The notes under the pieces were generated by a model. It was given only the letters and a program-made list of their open reading frames with translations, searched no databases and was not told the DNA's origin. From Octopus vulgaris (Eukaryota): 64,000 nt of DNA. The position numbers were made by a program, and so were the translations under genes. The stretch covers positions 12,090,001 through 12,154,000 of the forward strand of contig OX597822.1 in assembly GCA_951406725.2 (NCBI GenBank). Reading direction: 5' to 3'. Below are positions 25,770-40,273 of this stretch, piece after piece; position 1 is the first letter of the stretch, and each line of letters starts with the position of its first letter.

Positions 25770-26540
25770 ATGCGGTGAGCTGGCAGAATCATTAGCACGC
25801 TGGATGAAATGCTAAGCAGTATTTCGCCCGTCGCTGCGTCCTGTGTTCAAATTCCGCTGAGGTTGATTTTGCCTTGCCTTCTTTCGGGGTCGATAAAATA
25901 AGTACGAGAGAAACACTGCGGTCGATGTAGTCGACTGGTCCCCTCCTTCCAAAGTTCAGGTGTTGTGCATTCAGCAAAAGGAATTATTAGAAGATGAAAG
26001 CGTGTGGCCTAGTGGTTAGGGGCATTGCACTGATGATCGCAAGCTCGCGTGTTCGATTCCCAGGCGGTACGTTGTGATTTGTGCAAAACACTACATTTCA
26101 CATTGGCCCATTACATTTAGCTTTAGATGAGTAACGTTGCGAGGCACTGGCGTCCCGCTCAAAAGACAATATTGCGTGATCTTATGTAGCGGGCTGGCTG
26201 AATCGTTAGCATACCGGATAAAACGCATGACGACATTTCGCTCATGTCTACGTTCTGGGATCAAATTACGCCGGGGCCCACTTTACCTTTCATTTTTTCG
26301 GAGAACGATGAATAAAGCACTTCCCTCGAAATTGCTGGCATTGTGCCAAAATGTGAAGCCAATATTACGGGACCTATTAGTATATATATATATATATATG
26401 CACGACGGGCTTCTTTCAGTTTTCGTCTACCAAATCCACTCACAAGGCTTTGGTCGACCCGAGTCTGCAGTAGAGGAAACTTGCCCAAGGTGCCACGTAG
26501 CGGGGCTGAATCCCAACAATGTGGTTGGCAAGAAAGCTAC
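25770..26540. mobile_element. Cluster of SINE fragments: B (25770-25985 +), C (25996-26165 +), B (26170-26360 +), A (26401-26540 -)
   Basis: Similar to the full copies elsewhere in the window. Confidence 0.75.
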
Positions 26541-26930
26541 TTTATTTCATATTTGCCATAAGGCAATAAATAGAGGGGAGGGACAAGAAAAGACAAACAT
26601 AAAAAGGGGTGAAGTAGCTTTAAACGATTAAAAATGAACAATGATTATCATACAGAGAAGATTTTAAAAGAATACATTGCTAAAAGCAATGTCCAACTCG
26701 AAGGAAAGGCGTCCTACACCAGAGTAGAACCTTTGCTTTCTTTCCGTGGCTCCGCTCACTTGGTGCCAGTTACTCCCAGCTTTCTCTCCATAAGCTTCCA
26801 TCTTTTTCTAAATTTTTCACGTGACACGTACCTCTTCTCCAGCCTGATCGGTAAGTTGACCAACCCCTTGCCAGACACGAAGGTACCCGTCACAACCCCT
26901 TTCAACCGCGTCACGGATAAATTCCTCTAT
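26540..26930 (-). mobile_element. Tx1/L1-type LINE 3' fragment
   Basis: TRLKGVVTGTFVSGKGLVN..IRLEKRYVSREKFRKRW aligns by eye with the C-terminus at 57160-57290. Confidence 0.6.
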
Positions 26931-26983
26931 TTACATAATATCGAGGTCTCCTTCATTCTTTTGTTGTCTTCCTGTTTCTATCA

Positions 26984-27020
<37 letters not shown>

Positions 27021-27094
27021 CATATATATAGAATTTTGAATTTAGTTCACGGACCGCCATTTCTACCCCAGGTTGGGAGCCATTCAGACTGATG

Positions 27095-27778
27095 GAATAC
27101 CGCTAAGCATTTTGTACGGTGTGCTAACGATTCTAATAGCTTAATGTCCTCATGGTTTCAAATTTTTGCGTAAACCTAGCAACTTCGGGGAAGAGATACA
27201 TTAATTACATGGAACTCACTGCTGGACTGATATTTATTTTATCGACCATGAAAGGATGAAAAGCAAAGTGGAACTCGGCGGAATTTGAACTCAGAAAGTG
27301 AAAATGAACGATATGCCGTTAAGTATTTTCCCGGCGTGCTAACGGTTCTACCAGCTCGCCGCTTTATTATCGTAGCAATATTCCTTTCCACTCTAGGCAA
27401 AAGACCTGAAATTTTTAGGGAGGGGTCCAGTCGGTTAGATCAACTCCAGTGTGCAACTGGTACTTAATTTTTTGACCCCGAAACAATGAAAGGGAAAGCG
27501 ACCTCTGCGGGATTTGAAATCAGAACGTAACGACAGACGAAATAATTATTTCTTTACTACACACAATGGGCTAAACATAGAGAGGACAAACAAGGACAGA
27601 CAAACGGATTAAGTCGATTATATCGATCCCAGTGCGTAACAGGTACTTATTTCATGGACCCCGAAAGGATGAAAGGCAAATTCGACCTCGGCGGAATTTG
27701 AACTCAGAACATAAAGACAGAAGAAATACCGCTAAGTGTTTCGCTCGGCGTGCTAACGATTCTGCCAGCTCGCCGCCT
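27095..27778 (-). mobile_element. Three or more tandem/nested SINE family B copies
   Basis: Repeated gaccccgaaaggatgaaaggcaaa..cggcggaatttgaactcagaa blocks. Confidence 0.85.
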
Positions 27779-28195
27779 TGTTGTCGTGGTAATATTGATT
27801 GAATACTAATGGTGGTGGGGGCACACATACTAATGAGGATCAGTGGTACCATGATACAAGTGAAAGGGCGACGAAGCTGGAGGTAAACACAGAAACCAGC
27901 ATGAAAGACAACCTACAAAGTTGAATGTTTACTCTGCGTTGATTAAACTCTATAGAAACTATACAGTCCCACCGTGGCCCACACCACCCTAAATTCTGCC
28001 CCCATCACCACTCCACGCCATCCACTCCCTCCCGTGTACACCCTGATACATCCCGCTTCGTTCCGCTCCACTTTGCTGACACCAGTTAATTATACATTTC
28101 CACTAGAGTATTGATTACGTGCTTCGATCATTTGCGTGTACATGTCTCCCTAATTGCGATTTATCAATTAATACATAAGCATACTCGCAAGTATA

Positions 28196-28240
<45 letters not shown>

Positions 28241-28311
28241 GGGAGTGTATGGTTATGCGAGCATGTATATATGCAGTACAATATATTGAAATATGAATAT
28301 CTATCAATCAA

Positions 28312-28390
<79 letters not shown>

Positions 28391-28742
28391 GCATATATAT
28401 ATGTATATGTATGTATATATATATATATGCATACATATACATATGTAAATATATATATATATATGTATATATTTATATATGTATTTACACATGTGTATCT
28501 GTATGTACGTACGTATTTATGTATATATCAATGCAAGTATGGTTCAACAGAGAATACGTTTATATTTTCCACCTGTGCGTACACATACCTGAACATATTC
28601 GCACGCTTTCTTTACAATTTCTGCATCCTAAATTCTCTGCAAATGAATATATGATGACACACTGCCTAATACACGCATAAATATATCTAAATTCACTTAG
28701 AACACCTGAATACATACAAATATATAAGTATCATATATATAT

Positions 28743-28811
<69 letters not shown>

Positions 28812-28843
28812 CATATATATATATATATACATACATATATATG

Positions 28844-28896
<53 letters not shown>

Positions 28897-29181
28897 CCAT
28901 ATGCACGTATATATATACATACATATATAATGTATATAAATTTGTGTGAGCGTCTGTACTTGTTTATGGGTATTCGTGCCACAATAAACGCTACATGGTA
29001 AATCATAAGTAAATAAATATACGTCCTCATTCATGCTTATATATACATATATATATAAGTATGTATATATATATGCATAAATACATATATACGTACATAA
29101 ATGCATACATACATACATAATATATGTAATATATATAATATAATATAAGTAGGTATTTTATTATATATATATATCTATATC

Positions 29182-29215
<34 letters not shown>

Positions 29216-29575
29216 ATATAATATAAGTAGGTATTTTATTCAGTCGGTTCAAAGGAACCAATCAAAGACTTCAATTTGACGATTGCTTTCATTCCTGCGA
29301 AAAAAAAAACCCCAATTACTCATCTTTGATAGCTGCGAAGTGTATTTACTCTAACGCTGATTTAGCTCAGGCAACACATTAAATCGTTGTGCATTGTTTC
29401 GTTTAATAGTATAGGGCACGGTGTAATTGACTCCACGTGATATAGTGTTTTAATTGCGGGCATTACATGTAGGTGTTCCTGTCTGCCAGTCTGTTTGTAT
29501 GTCTGTATGTCTCTGTCTATCTATATATATATCTATCTATCTCTATCTCTATCTATCTATCTATATATTTCTATG

Positions 29576-29614
<39 letters not shown>

Positions 29615-29862
29615 TATATATATATCTATCTATATATATATGTATATATAAAAAGTACATATATTTATGTATATATATGCACGTATGTGTATATATATAT
29701 ACATCGATGTATATATCTATATATATGAAGGTGTGGCACCATCTTCGTGTAACAAGTGTATTTATGAGGGCAATATTGTTTCGCACACATCATAATCTTT
29801 CTATCAATCTATCTATTTATTTGTCTATCTATATGTAGATAGTATGTACACTTACCAAAATA

Positions 29863-29943
<81 letters not shown>

Positions 29944-31039
29944 AAATATATGTATATGTATATACATACATATATATATATTTTTATATGCATATATACA
30001 TATATGCACATATACATACATATATATCTATTTATAGATGTACATATATGTGTGTGAGCGCGCGTGTACTTGTTTGTTCCTGTGTGTGTTTGTGTGTGTG
30101 TGTATGTGTGTGCGTTTATTACAAACTCTACTGAACGGGCATTTATGGAAATTACAATTATATCTCTATAAATTGCATTTCCGTTTTTTAATATTTTAGT
30201 TGCACCAAATAATGGCGATCATTTCGTTATAATTTTCCTTTCCTCCATTCTCAATAACGCAAAGAAACTTTGATGTTGAAGTGCAATCAGTTTTTGGTTG
30301 ATTTACTTTAGAGAGAATGAATGACACTATATTACGCCCTCATCTTAGCTGTTTCTTTTAAGGGCTATATGTATGCACACACGCACGCACACACACGCAC
30401 GCACGCACACACACGCACGCACGAGCATAGTTGGATGTATTCATATAGCAGGGCAGAAACCACAGCTGTACACCTCCAGCTCGCACCTTCATTTCTTTTA
30501 ACGAGGTGTTTTTTTCCTGAAACTTGCTCCACAATTATTCAAAAGGTATCGAATTACTCTGCGCTTTAGCACGAATCTATAGTACAAAAAATTAATGATG
30601 GAAAGAGCTAAAATTCTATGTTACTAATCTGAACAAAATATTGTTTGGTAGGGCATGATTTGTTTCAATATCTATATTTCTCTTTTGCCACGATGATGAA
30701 CAAAATCCCTTTGTGACCAGCATTTACTGTTTGAATTTAAGACTGTCGTGTTTTTGCCCTTACCATATCATTCTCAAATCATGTGTTTCTGGCAGAAATT
30801 CAAAGCTAGTGCCCATGGCAACTGCCCATATCCTACGTTTAATACTGTCTATGTTATGTCAAATTTTTTTAAAACTCATAATTTTCTTATGTTTTCTTAA
30901 ATATTCTCTAGAACAATACTATGAGCAAAGCCAAATATATGACACTCAAGACATAACACCAACATGAACTTCTATAATAATAATACTTATAATAATAATA
31001 ATCTGCTTAGTTCGTCTCCTGGACACGAGACGAACTAAA

Positions 31040-32150
31040 CAGCTTAGACAGAAACACAAGGAAGTTGCTAGCTAGATGTGGGATACTCCACCCAATACGT
31101 GACACAGGCAGACTGCATGTACCACGAAAAAGAGGAGGAAGAGAACTGTTTGGATGCAAACACAGTATTAGAGCAGAAGAAAACAATATAACGTGGTATA
31201 TAAAAAATGCTACAGAACCGCCATTATTGGAAGTAAGAAGGTCAGGCTTGTGTAAGAATGAAAATTGTAAAGATAAAGCACTGTAAAAGCAATTGCAAAT
31301 GAATGAAATTGAAAATAGGTGGGTAAAGAAAAGAATACATGGTCAAATTGATAGGGATGCTGAAGATAAGACAGACAGAGAAAAAAGATGGCTATGGATG
31401 ACTAAAGGTGATTTAAAACCGGAAACGGAGGCTCTAAACTTTGCTGCCCAAACTTTGCGTTAAAAGCCGATTACATTAGACAACACACCAGAAAGCAATA
31501 AGTGCAGAATCTGTGGACAAAATGGTGAAACCGTATGGCATATTAGCAGCCAATGTACGCCATTAGCCCAGAAAGAATAATGTAAGAGATGTCCTGATAA
31601 TATAGCAAGGATTCTCCGTTGGACACTTTGCAGCAAGTATGGACTTGACAGAGCGAAAAATTGGTACGAACATAAAACAGAAGGCATCGTCGAAAATAGA
31701 AATGCAAAGATCCTGTGGTATTTTATGATTCAGTGCGACCATGAGGTAGAGAATAGGAAACCAGACATAGTATTAATTGAGAAAGAAAGCAAAGGATGCT
31801 GGACGTAGATATAGCGTGCCCAGTTGACAACAAGTTATGCGATAAGCAAGAAAGAAAAGTTGAGAGACATGACAGGTTAGCTTGGGAGGTTAAGCAGCTA
31901 CGGTCGCTGTAAAAGGTGGTAGTAGTACCAATAGTTGTTGGAGCCCTGAGAACATTGATTAAAAACCTTGTGAAGTAAATGGAAGAAATATTGGCTGCAA
32001 TAAAGCTAGAGTGCTTGCAGAAAACAGCACTGCTTGGAACCGCTCGAATACTCAGGATGGTGCTCGGAAAATAAGGGTTGTTACCTTAGGTCACTGGTAG
32101 TGAACAGCAGACGCCATAGAATATCTCCACCGCAGCGTTAGTAGCTTGCA
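31040..32150 (+). mobile_element. Dong/R4-type LINE 3' portion: zinc knuckle + RLE endonuclease, decayed
   Basis: LHP..DTGRLHVPRKRGGREL, CRICGQNGETVWHISSQC, KPDIVLIEK, DIACP, LQKTALLGTARILR. It starts after a TAA tract and ends in (GAC)n(AAT)n. Confidence 0.88.
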
Positions 32151-32181
32151 AAGACGACGACGACGACGACAATAACAACAA

Positions 32182-32269
<88 letters not shown>

Positions 32270-32299
32270 GATAATATTAATAATAATAATGATGATGAG

Positions 32300-32525
32300 A
32301 ACCAGAAAAAAGAGCAAAAGTCATGCAACTGGCAAATGAAGGCATTGCATGGTAAATTTCCAAAGATAGTTGCAGAAATAGTAGTAGTGAAACATGGTTA
32401 TGGTTGGAGAAAGGAAGGCTGAAATAGGAGGCACGTTTGTTAGATGCAGCACAAGATCAAGCATTTGGATCAAGCATTTGGATTAAAAGCCAAGATAGAC
32501 TAAAGGAAAAGAGATTCCCAATATA
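32300..32525 (+). mobile_element. Second Dong/R4 fragment
   Basis: WQMKALHGKF...WLWLEKGRLK...AAQDQA, directly after (AAT)n. Confidence 0.65.
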
Positions 32526-32569
32526 GGGTGTGCTAATCTTTCTCTCTCTCTCTATCTCTCTCTCTCTCT

Positions 32570-32571
32570 AC

Positions 32572-32634
<63 letters not shown>

Positions 32635-32705
32635 CCTACCTATCTATCTATCTATCTATCTATATATCTATCTATTTATCTATCTATCTATCGACCTACC
32701 TATCA

Positions 32706-32774
<69 letters not shown>

Positions 32775-32788
32775 CCTATCTATCTATC

Positions 32789-32853
<65 letters not shown>

Positions 32854-32868
32854 CCTATCTATCTATCA

Positions 32869-32921
<53 letters not shown>

Positions 32922-32958
32922 CCTATCTATCTATCTAAATATCTATCTATCTACCTAC

Positions 32959-32989
<31 letters not shown>

Positions 32990-33015
32990 CCTATCTATTT
33001 ATCTATCTATCTAAT
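32570..33015. repeat. (CTAT)n microsatellite, about 450 bp
   Basis: Directly visible. Confidence 0.95.
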
Positions 33016-33423
33016 CTATTTTTCTCTCCCCATTGTTATTAATTTACCAGAGATCTAACTGCAAATTTATGCAACGTTCCTTTGTAAAGTATTCAAAATC
33101 TCCACATACACTCGTATATGCTAACATGAACACTTGCACAAGTACAAACATACACAATAATACATGTATATACATGTACACATGCACATGCACACATGGG
33201 TGTGTATGAGTGTGAAGCGTACACACCCAATTCTATTTCTTTTCTCTCTCATACACAATAATTATAACTGTTAAATCCTTTAACTCGCTTTCAGTAATTC
33301 ATTGAATGAATGATTTACCGAGAATTCTATACAAATTCCGAAGAATAAGGTTTATTCAAACTTCCCAAACATACATACATACGCATCCATCCATCCATCC
33401 ATCCATCCATCCATCCATCCATC

Positions 33424-33457
<34 letters not shown>

Positions 33458-33601
33458 TGCGTGTGTGAGTGTGGATGTGTGTGTGTGTACAGTGATATAT
33501 ATATATATTCATATACATAGATGCATAGTTTGAAATTTACATACATATATATATAATATAAATACGTATTTATATATACACATACATATATATTTACATA
33601 C

Positions 33602-33684
<83 letters not shown>

Positions 33685-33886
33685 AGCAATGAAATATTTG
33701 TATTTACAGGAGATTCATTATCTTTAAGCAAAGAAATTATGCTTTCACCTTTTTAGAATGAATAGAGACTTCCTCAGCTTAAACATAAATCTTTTATTAA
33801 CACAAATATTTGCCATATAATTATTTGTATGACGTGGATAGAATCCTCTTTGCATTTTGATCAACTCCAACTTTCCACACAAACTC

Positions 33887-33939
<53 letters not shown>

Positions 33940-33959
33940 CATAATGTATGCATACATAT

Positions 33960-34115
33960 AGGCGCAGGAGTGGCTGTGTGGTAAGTAGCTTGCTAACCAA
34001 CCACATGGTTCCGGGTCCAGTCCCACTGCGTGGCAAGTGTCTTCTGCTATAGCCTCGGGCCGACAAAAGCCTTGTGTGTGGACTTGGTAGACGGAAAATG
34101 AAAGAAGCCTGTCGT
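33960..34115 (+). mobile_element. SINE family A 5' half
   Basis: Head near-identical to 40961; ends at the internal microsatellite. Confidence 0.85.
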
Positions 34116-34116
34116 A

Positions 34117-34189
<73 letters not shown>

Positions 34190-34449
34190 TTGTATACGTA
34201 TATTTGTATTTTATATAAATATATACAGGTGGGTAATAAATTTTCCTGGCTTGAAGGGAATCTCGGAAGGCCTGGTTGGAAACCCAATATTCCGAATTCT
34301 TTTACAGAGCTTAGAAAAATTGGACCACTGAAAGGAATTCCATCCACGTTTTATGGTTCGCTACCTCACCAGCTCCTTTATCGGATCCAATCTCAATTAT
34401 TTTATCCTCCGGTATTTTCTTCAAACAAACACACACACACACACACACA

Positions 34450-34499
<50 letters not shown>

Positions 34500-34697
34500 A
34501 ACCGTGTCTTATACAAATATATATATATATATTTCCCTCCTGCAAATGTCCAAAGAACGACACCTCTTTCAGGAAGAATATGGAGAAATATTTCATAACT
34601 AAGTTCTCTCACAAATTGAATGGCTGAAAATATCTTTATAAGCTGTACCAGATGAAGGACCAAATTTGCTAAGTAAACTGTATTAAACACACACACA

Positions 34698-34746
<49 letters not shown>

Positions 34747-35134
34747 TCTACACATATGTTTTGATTTTTGGAAAATACAACATTGAACAAAGGATATTCT
34801 AATATTTGAATGAAACCATTTCACTTTAATTTGTGGAACCAGTTGCTCCTGTATGATAAAACTTAATATTTATTTTTAATCAGTGACTAAATCAATTGAA
34901 GATCATTAGTTGTCAGTTTGTATTCTGTCATTTGTAACTTCAACACAAGAGAGTCTCTTTTTCAAGTATGGACTTTATGAAATTTTACTCATACAGTGAA
35001 GGACAAATCTTTCAATTTAGAACTTAATATAGTGGAGCATTGTTTTATTTATATTCCTGAGCGCCATACTAATACAATTGTTTGTTTGTATTCCACCTGC
35101 CTTCGTCTTTTGTTTATTTTCATAAAGCTTCCCG

Positions 35135-35227
<93 letters not shown>

Positions 35228-35430
35228 CATATATTTTACCTATTATATACGTTATATTATTTTTGTAATTTACTTAACTTTTTAATTGTTATCTTAATTT
35301 TAACTTTTCTATGATATGCAATTTTCTAGATGGTGTAATTTAGTTATTCATTTTGAATTGATAAAAGGTGTTTTTTTTCCTAATATTTTATATATATGTA
35401 TATATATATATGTATATATATATATGTATA

Positions 35431-35473
<43 letters not shown>

Positions 35474-35749
35474 GCACACACACACACATGCTCTCTCTCT
35501 CTCGCTTTCTCCTCATACTGTCTTATATTCCACCCCACCACTACAAACTCAATACCACTATAAAATGATCAAAACTTTTCACACAGGAACTTACTTTGAT
35601 TTGAAAACCCCACTAGAATGGGAGGAAGCGCTAATACGTGATCTAAGTTATATGATGTATAAAAAATGTAACATACAAATAAATATCTCTAAATATAAAC
35701 CATCCGATTGTCTGAGTACCTTCATTTCTTCTAATAAATAAATAAATAA

Positions 35750-35788
<39 letters not shown>

Positions 35789-35806
35789 GGGAGAGAGAGA
35801 GAGAGA

Positions 35807-38760
35807 GGTATTGGTATCCAGAAGGCCCAAGATGGCAGGTAAGGTTTGTAAGTGTGACGGGCGGACCAAGGTTATACTTTCGGTTTGATAATAAATACCA
35901 GTGAGGAGCCTAATGCGGGTCTTGTATGAGCATGTATATGTTACATATAATGAGACGACAAAGACAAGACTGTGTGGAATATAGGACATTTAAATGTCCT
36001 ATAATTTCCACACAGTCATAACTCTGTTGTCTCATTTTATTTAATACATACACACACACACGCACACACACAAACAGACACACACACACATGAATAACTG
36101 CACATATATATATAAGATCCCATATCAGCACTCTTGATGCCATCTTTGACAACGAACAAATGACAATGATAGAGGCACGGATGCATATGAAAGATGTCAT
36201 CCCCACTTGGTAGACACCCAGGACAATAAAGAAGATTCAAGTGAGAAACCTGTCCGGGAAGTAAACCCATGTGCAAGTGCCCCTACCAGCATCAAAAGGC
36301 AAAACCATGGAGATGAAAGGGCCAAAACAGAAGTAAAAGAAGGAAAAAATGAGGAAAAACAAAAGATGAAACAGCCAAAGAAGGAAAAACTAAAACTCAA
36401 ACAAAAACAAATGATGAAACAGCCAAGGAAAGAAGCAAACCTGGCTATCCATATACCAAAAACGATAGAAAGAGACAGCACGCACGAATGTGTAAATTAT
36501 ACGTGAAGTGTGTCTGCTGGCATGGAGAGGAAGGCGCAGGCTGCAGTTTTGCACACCAAAGACCCCACCACATAAACATGAAACAGGGCGGAAACCAACT
36601 GCCAAAAGGAAAAGGAATGGACGACGCATCACAAAACGGAGGTACGCAGATGTAGTGCGTGTTACAAACCATCAACATGTTATTGAAAGGGCAGCTGCTG
36701 AACAAGAGTCTTTTTTTGTGCATGGCACAAAATATTGTACAGCAGCCAACCTGGCTCCATCAAACCCAAACTCGCAGAGGGAACTATCCACAATACACAA
36801 GACCGCCACAGCAAATAAACCTAAGGTGGACACCACCACTGGCAACAACACACAATCACCTCGATGCTCCTACTGAACATCAGAGGACTGCTAACACTCA
36901 GTAACAGGACCAAAACCACCATTTCTTGAGAGACCTTGTTGCATGCAATCAAGCCTTATGCATAACTCGTACGGAAACGCACCTGAAGCCAGATATAGCA
37001 GATGCGGAAATACACATACCGCAGTATGTTGTATTACGGAACGACAGAAAAGAAAGGAGTCATGGTGGAATAGCTATGTACATCCGCGAGAACCTCACAC
37101 CCCATGTCCTTTTCTCATACTCAAATTCGGTGTGTGACACATTAATTACGTATAAGGCGACTTGGTGTAGTTATATGTGCTACATATCGCCCTCCTGATG
37201 CTCCAAGTCATGTAGGCAAGTTTGAAGACTTACAAAAATAGTAGTTCTAGTCACATTAGAACAACACATAAGTGTACTTCTTATGGGAGACTTCAATCTG
37301 CCCAATATCAGATGGCCCGAGGGCCTTTCTCTCCCAGGAATGACACGATGCGAACGAGGACAGGCGAGGTCCCTCCTGAACCTCATCAACAATCTGTACA
37401 TGGAGGAAATAATACTCCAACCAACCAGGGCAGGTAACTTACTGGATCTCTGCTTCACAAATAATATGGATCTCATCCATAATGTGAAAGTGACACCGAC
37501 GCTACTTTCGGATCACAACATGGCAGAGCTGAACATGCACGGGCCAAAGGAAAGTATGAACATGCAGCCTACAAGACACTCTCAGAATCTTTCCAGCTTG
37601 AACTTCCATAAGGTAAACTGGAAACAGATTAAGAGATCCTCAAACAAAACTGGCCTAAATGTCTCTCCTCCCCAGACATCGACATGAAGCTTCAACAATT
37701 CATGTCTGGAATGCAATCCATATGCTACAAATGTGTGTGTCCCAGAGAGAAAGGCCACTGTACACAAGAACAAAATCCCCAGAGAGAGGAAAATTCTTAT
37801 GAGACGGTGTACAAAAGTTTCAAATCGCCTCAACAAACAAATTGAAAGCAGTGAAAGGTTCCGCCTGAAAATGAAACTGTTGGAAATTGAAAAAGTGTGC
37901 TGAAAAGAATAGCATGCAGTTCAATGCTGAAAAGTTTCAAGCTTTATGCTATCAGCATGCAAAACTAAATGCAATATCCAATAAATACACTGGATTTGGA
38001 GGGACTGCAATCCCAGAGGCACAATCAGTGCGAGACCTGGGTATTTACATGAGTAATGATGCAACCTTTCATGTGCATGTTGCTAAATTGGCAATGAAAT
38101 TCAGGCGGCTGACCGGATGGATTCTTAGAGCTTTTAGAACAAGAGACCAGGAAACCATGATGGTCCTCTGGAGGACATTTGTCCTAAGCCACTTTGACTA
38201 TTGCTCTCAGCTATGGTCACTAACCAGTGTCAAATTAATCACAGAACTTGAGGCGATGCAACGAAGCTACACGAAGAAGATAGCCTCTATGTAGCATATA
38301 AGCTACTGGGAAAGACTCAAGAGATTAAGACTCTATTCCTTATAGCGTAGGCGAGAAAGATATGCCCTAATATACATCTGGAAGGACTTGTCCCAAACTT
38401 TGGCATCGAGAGTTACACAAATACTAGAACTGGGCGCCACTGCATAGAGCCAAGGACTCCAAATTTGCCATCAAGATGTAGGACAAGATACTGTGATAGC
38501 CTGGGCTTCAGAGGTCCACAGCTCTTCAATATCCTCCCCAAGGACCTGAGAAACCTGCATGGGGTGGATGTAGATGTCTTTAAAATAAAGCTGGACCTCT
38601 TCCCGTCAGGTGTCCCAATGGAACCAACTTCACGGCAGGAGGTGCAGATGACGACAGCTGCATCAAACTCTCTCATGCATCAAATGCCAATTGCTAAAAA
38701 GCTTTCGTGAAGTAAAATCATGTAGCAACACAGAATGGCGGTGCCCACAGCTCGTGAGCT
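35807..38760 (+). mobile_element. CR1-group LINE, decayed: ORF1 remnant, APE endonuclease and ORF2 C-terminus; RT core deleted
   Basis: TETHLKPDI..RNDRKERSHGGIAMYIRE, GDFNLPNIRW, PTRAGNLLDLCFTN, SDHN; it then jumps near 37886 to MQFNAEKFQ, VRDLGI, FDYCSQLWS. Confidence 0.85.
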
Positions 38761-38800
38761 GAAACTAGATAAAATGAAAATGAAAAATGAGAATGATATA

Positions 38801-38844
<44 letters not shown>

Positions 38845-38924
38845 TACACACATTTATGTGCTACCGATGGCGGTGCTCCTGTATGTCCGCAGACTTTGGG
38901 CTGAAAAAAAAGGATGCATATCAT

Positions 38925-39345
38925 AGGCGCAGGCGTGGCTGTGTGGTAAGAAGTTTGTTTCTCAACTAAATGGTTCCAAGTTCAGTCCCATTACGTGAGA
39001 TTTTGGTGACGTGTCTTCTACTGTAGCCTCTGGTCAACCAAAACTTCATGAAAAGACATGGTAGACGGAAACCGAAAGAAACACGACGTATATATATATT
39101 ATATACATACGCACACACGCACACACACATAGGTGTTCATGTTTTTGTGTCCGCGTTTATCCCCCACTCCACCATCGCTTGACCATCGATTTTGATGAGT
39201 TTACGTCCCCATAACATAGCAGACCTAAGAATAAGTACTAGCCTTACAAAGAACACATCCATTTCTTCTACTAAAACCCTGTAAGGCAGTGCTCCAGGAC
39301 GGCCACAGTCACATGACTGAAACATGTAAAAGAATAAAAGAATAA
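38925..39345 (+). mobile_element. SINE family A, diverged
   Basis: Colinear with 11265-11698. Confidence 0.85.
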
Positions 39346-39354
39346 CAGAATATA

Positions 39355-40214
39355 TTGGGTTGGCACCAAAGTTCCCGCCGTTTTTATAAATTTTGGAATT
39401 TATTTTTTTGAGATTTCTATTTTTGAATCATTTCGGAATCTATATTGTTTTTCTTTTTTCTAGTTAATTTTTGTTAATTTTTGTTTATTTTCAGATCATT
39501 AAAATGGAATGTCAAATTAAGAAAAACGAGCATTTTCGACATCTCTTTCTTTTTGCTTTTAATCAAGATTCTAAGGCCGCAAAAGCTGCTCGCGGCATTT
39601 GTGCTGTGTATGGAGAGAGTGCCATCGCTGAAAGAACCGCTCGTGATGGGTATACCAAGTTCAAAAATGGAAAATTTGACCTCAAAGACGCACCTCGTTC
39701 TGGCCGTCCAGCTGAGTTCGATGAAGAGTGATTAAACAAACTTTTGCACGAAAATTCTCATCAAACGACAAGGGAACTGGCAGAGAAAATGGAATGCTCC
39801 CACACTGCTATAGAGAAGCATCTTCACTCGATGGGAAAGGTTCAGAAGTGTGGAACATGAATTCCGCATGCTTTAAGTGGCAACATCAAAAATCAACGAA
39901 CCACAATATCCACTGGTTTGCTTGATCGTCACCGCTCAACTCATAGACACAAGCAACGATTTATTTAGCGAATCGTTACTGGCGATGAAAAATGGTGTCT
40001 GTACATCAAAATGAAACAGCGTAAAGAATGGCTTGGTCCCGGTAAACAAGTGATACCGCGCGTGAAACAAGATCTTCATACGCGTAAAACGATGTTGTGC
40101 GTATGGTGGTACAGGGAAGGGATTATCCATTACGAATTGCTTGAACGGAACGCGGAATTCTATGCCCAACAGATTGAATGACTCAACGCGGCAGGAACTT
40201 AGTTGCCAACCTAA
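39355..40214 (+). mobile_element. mariner transposon, internally deleted, mellifera-subfamily-like TIRs
   Basis: 26-bp TIRs TTGGGTTGGCACCAAAGTTCCCGCCG / reverse complement TTAGGTTGGCAACTAAGTTCCTGCCG, TA flanks. Transposase from ATG 39504: HFRH..PRSGRP..IPHAL..RIVTGDEKW..MLCVWW, with stops; C-terminus missing. Confidence 0.95.
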
Positions 40215-40273
40215 TATATATGTGTGTTTGTGTCTGTGTATGTGTGTGTGTATGTGATTGTGTATGTATATAT

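Noticed and set aside
34227-34400. Possible mariner terminal fragment
   Set aside because: Only a faint resemblance; no matching second TIR found.
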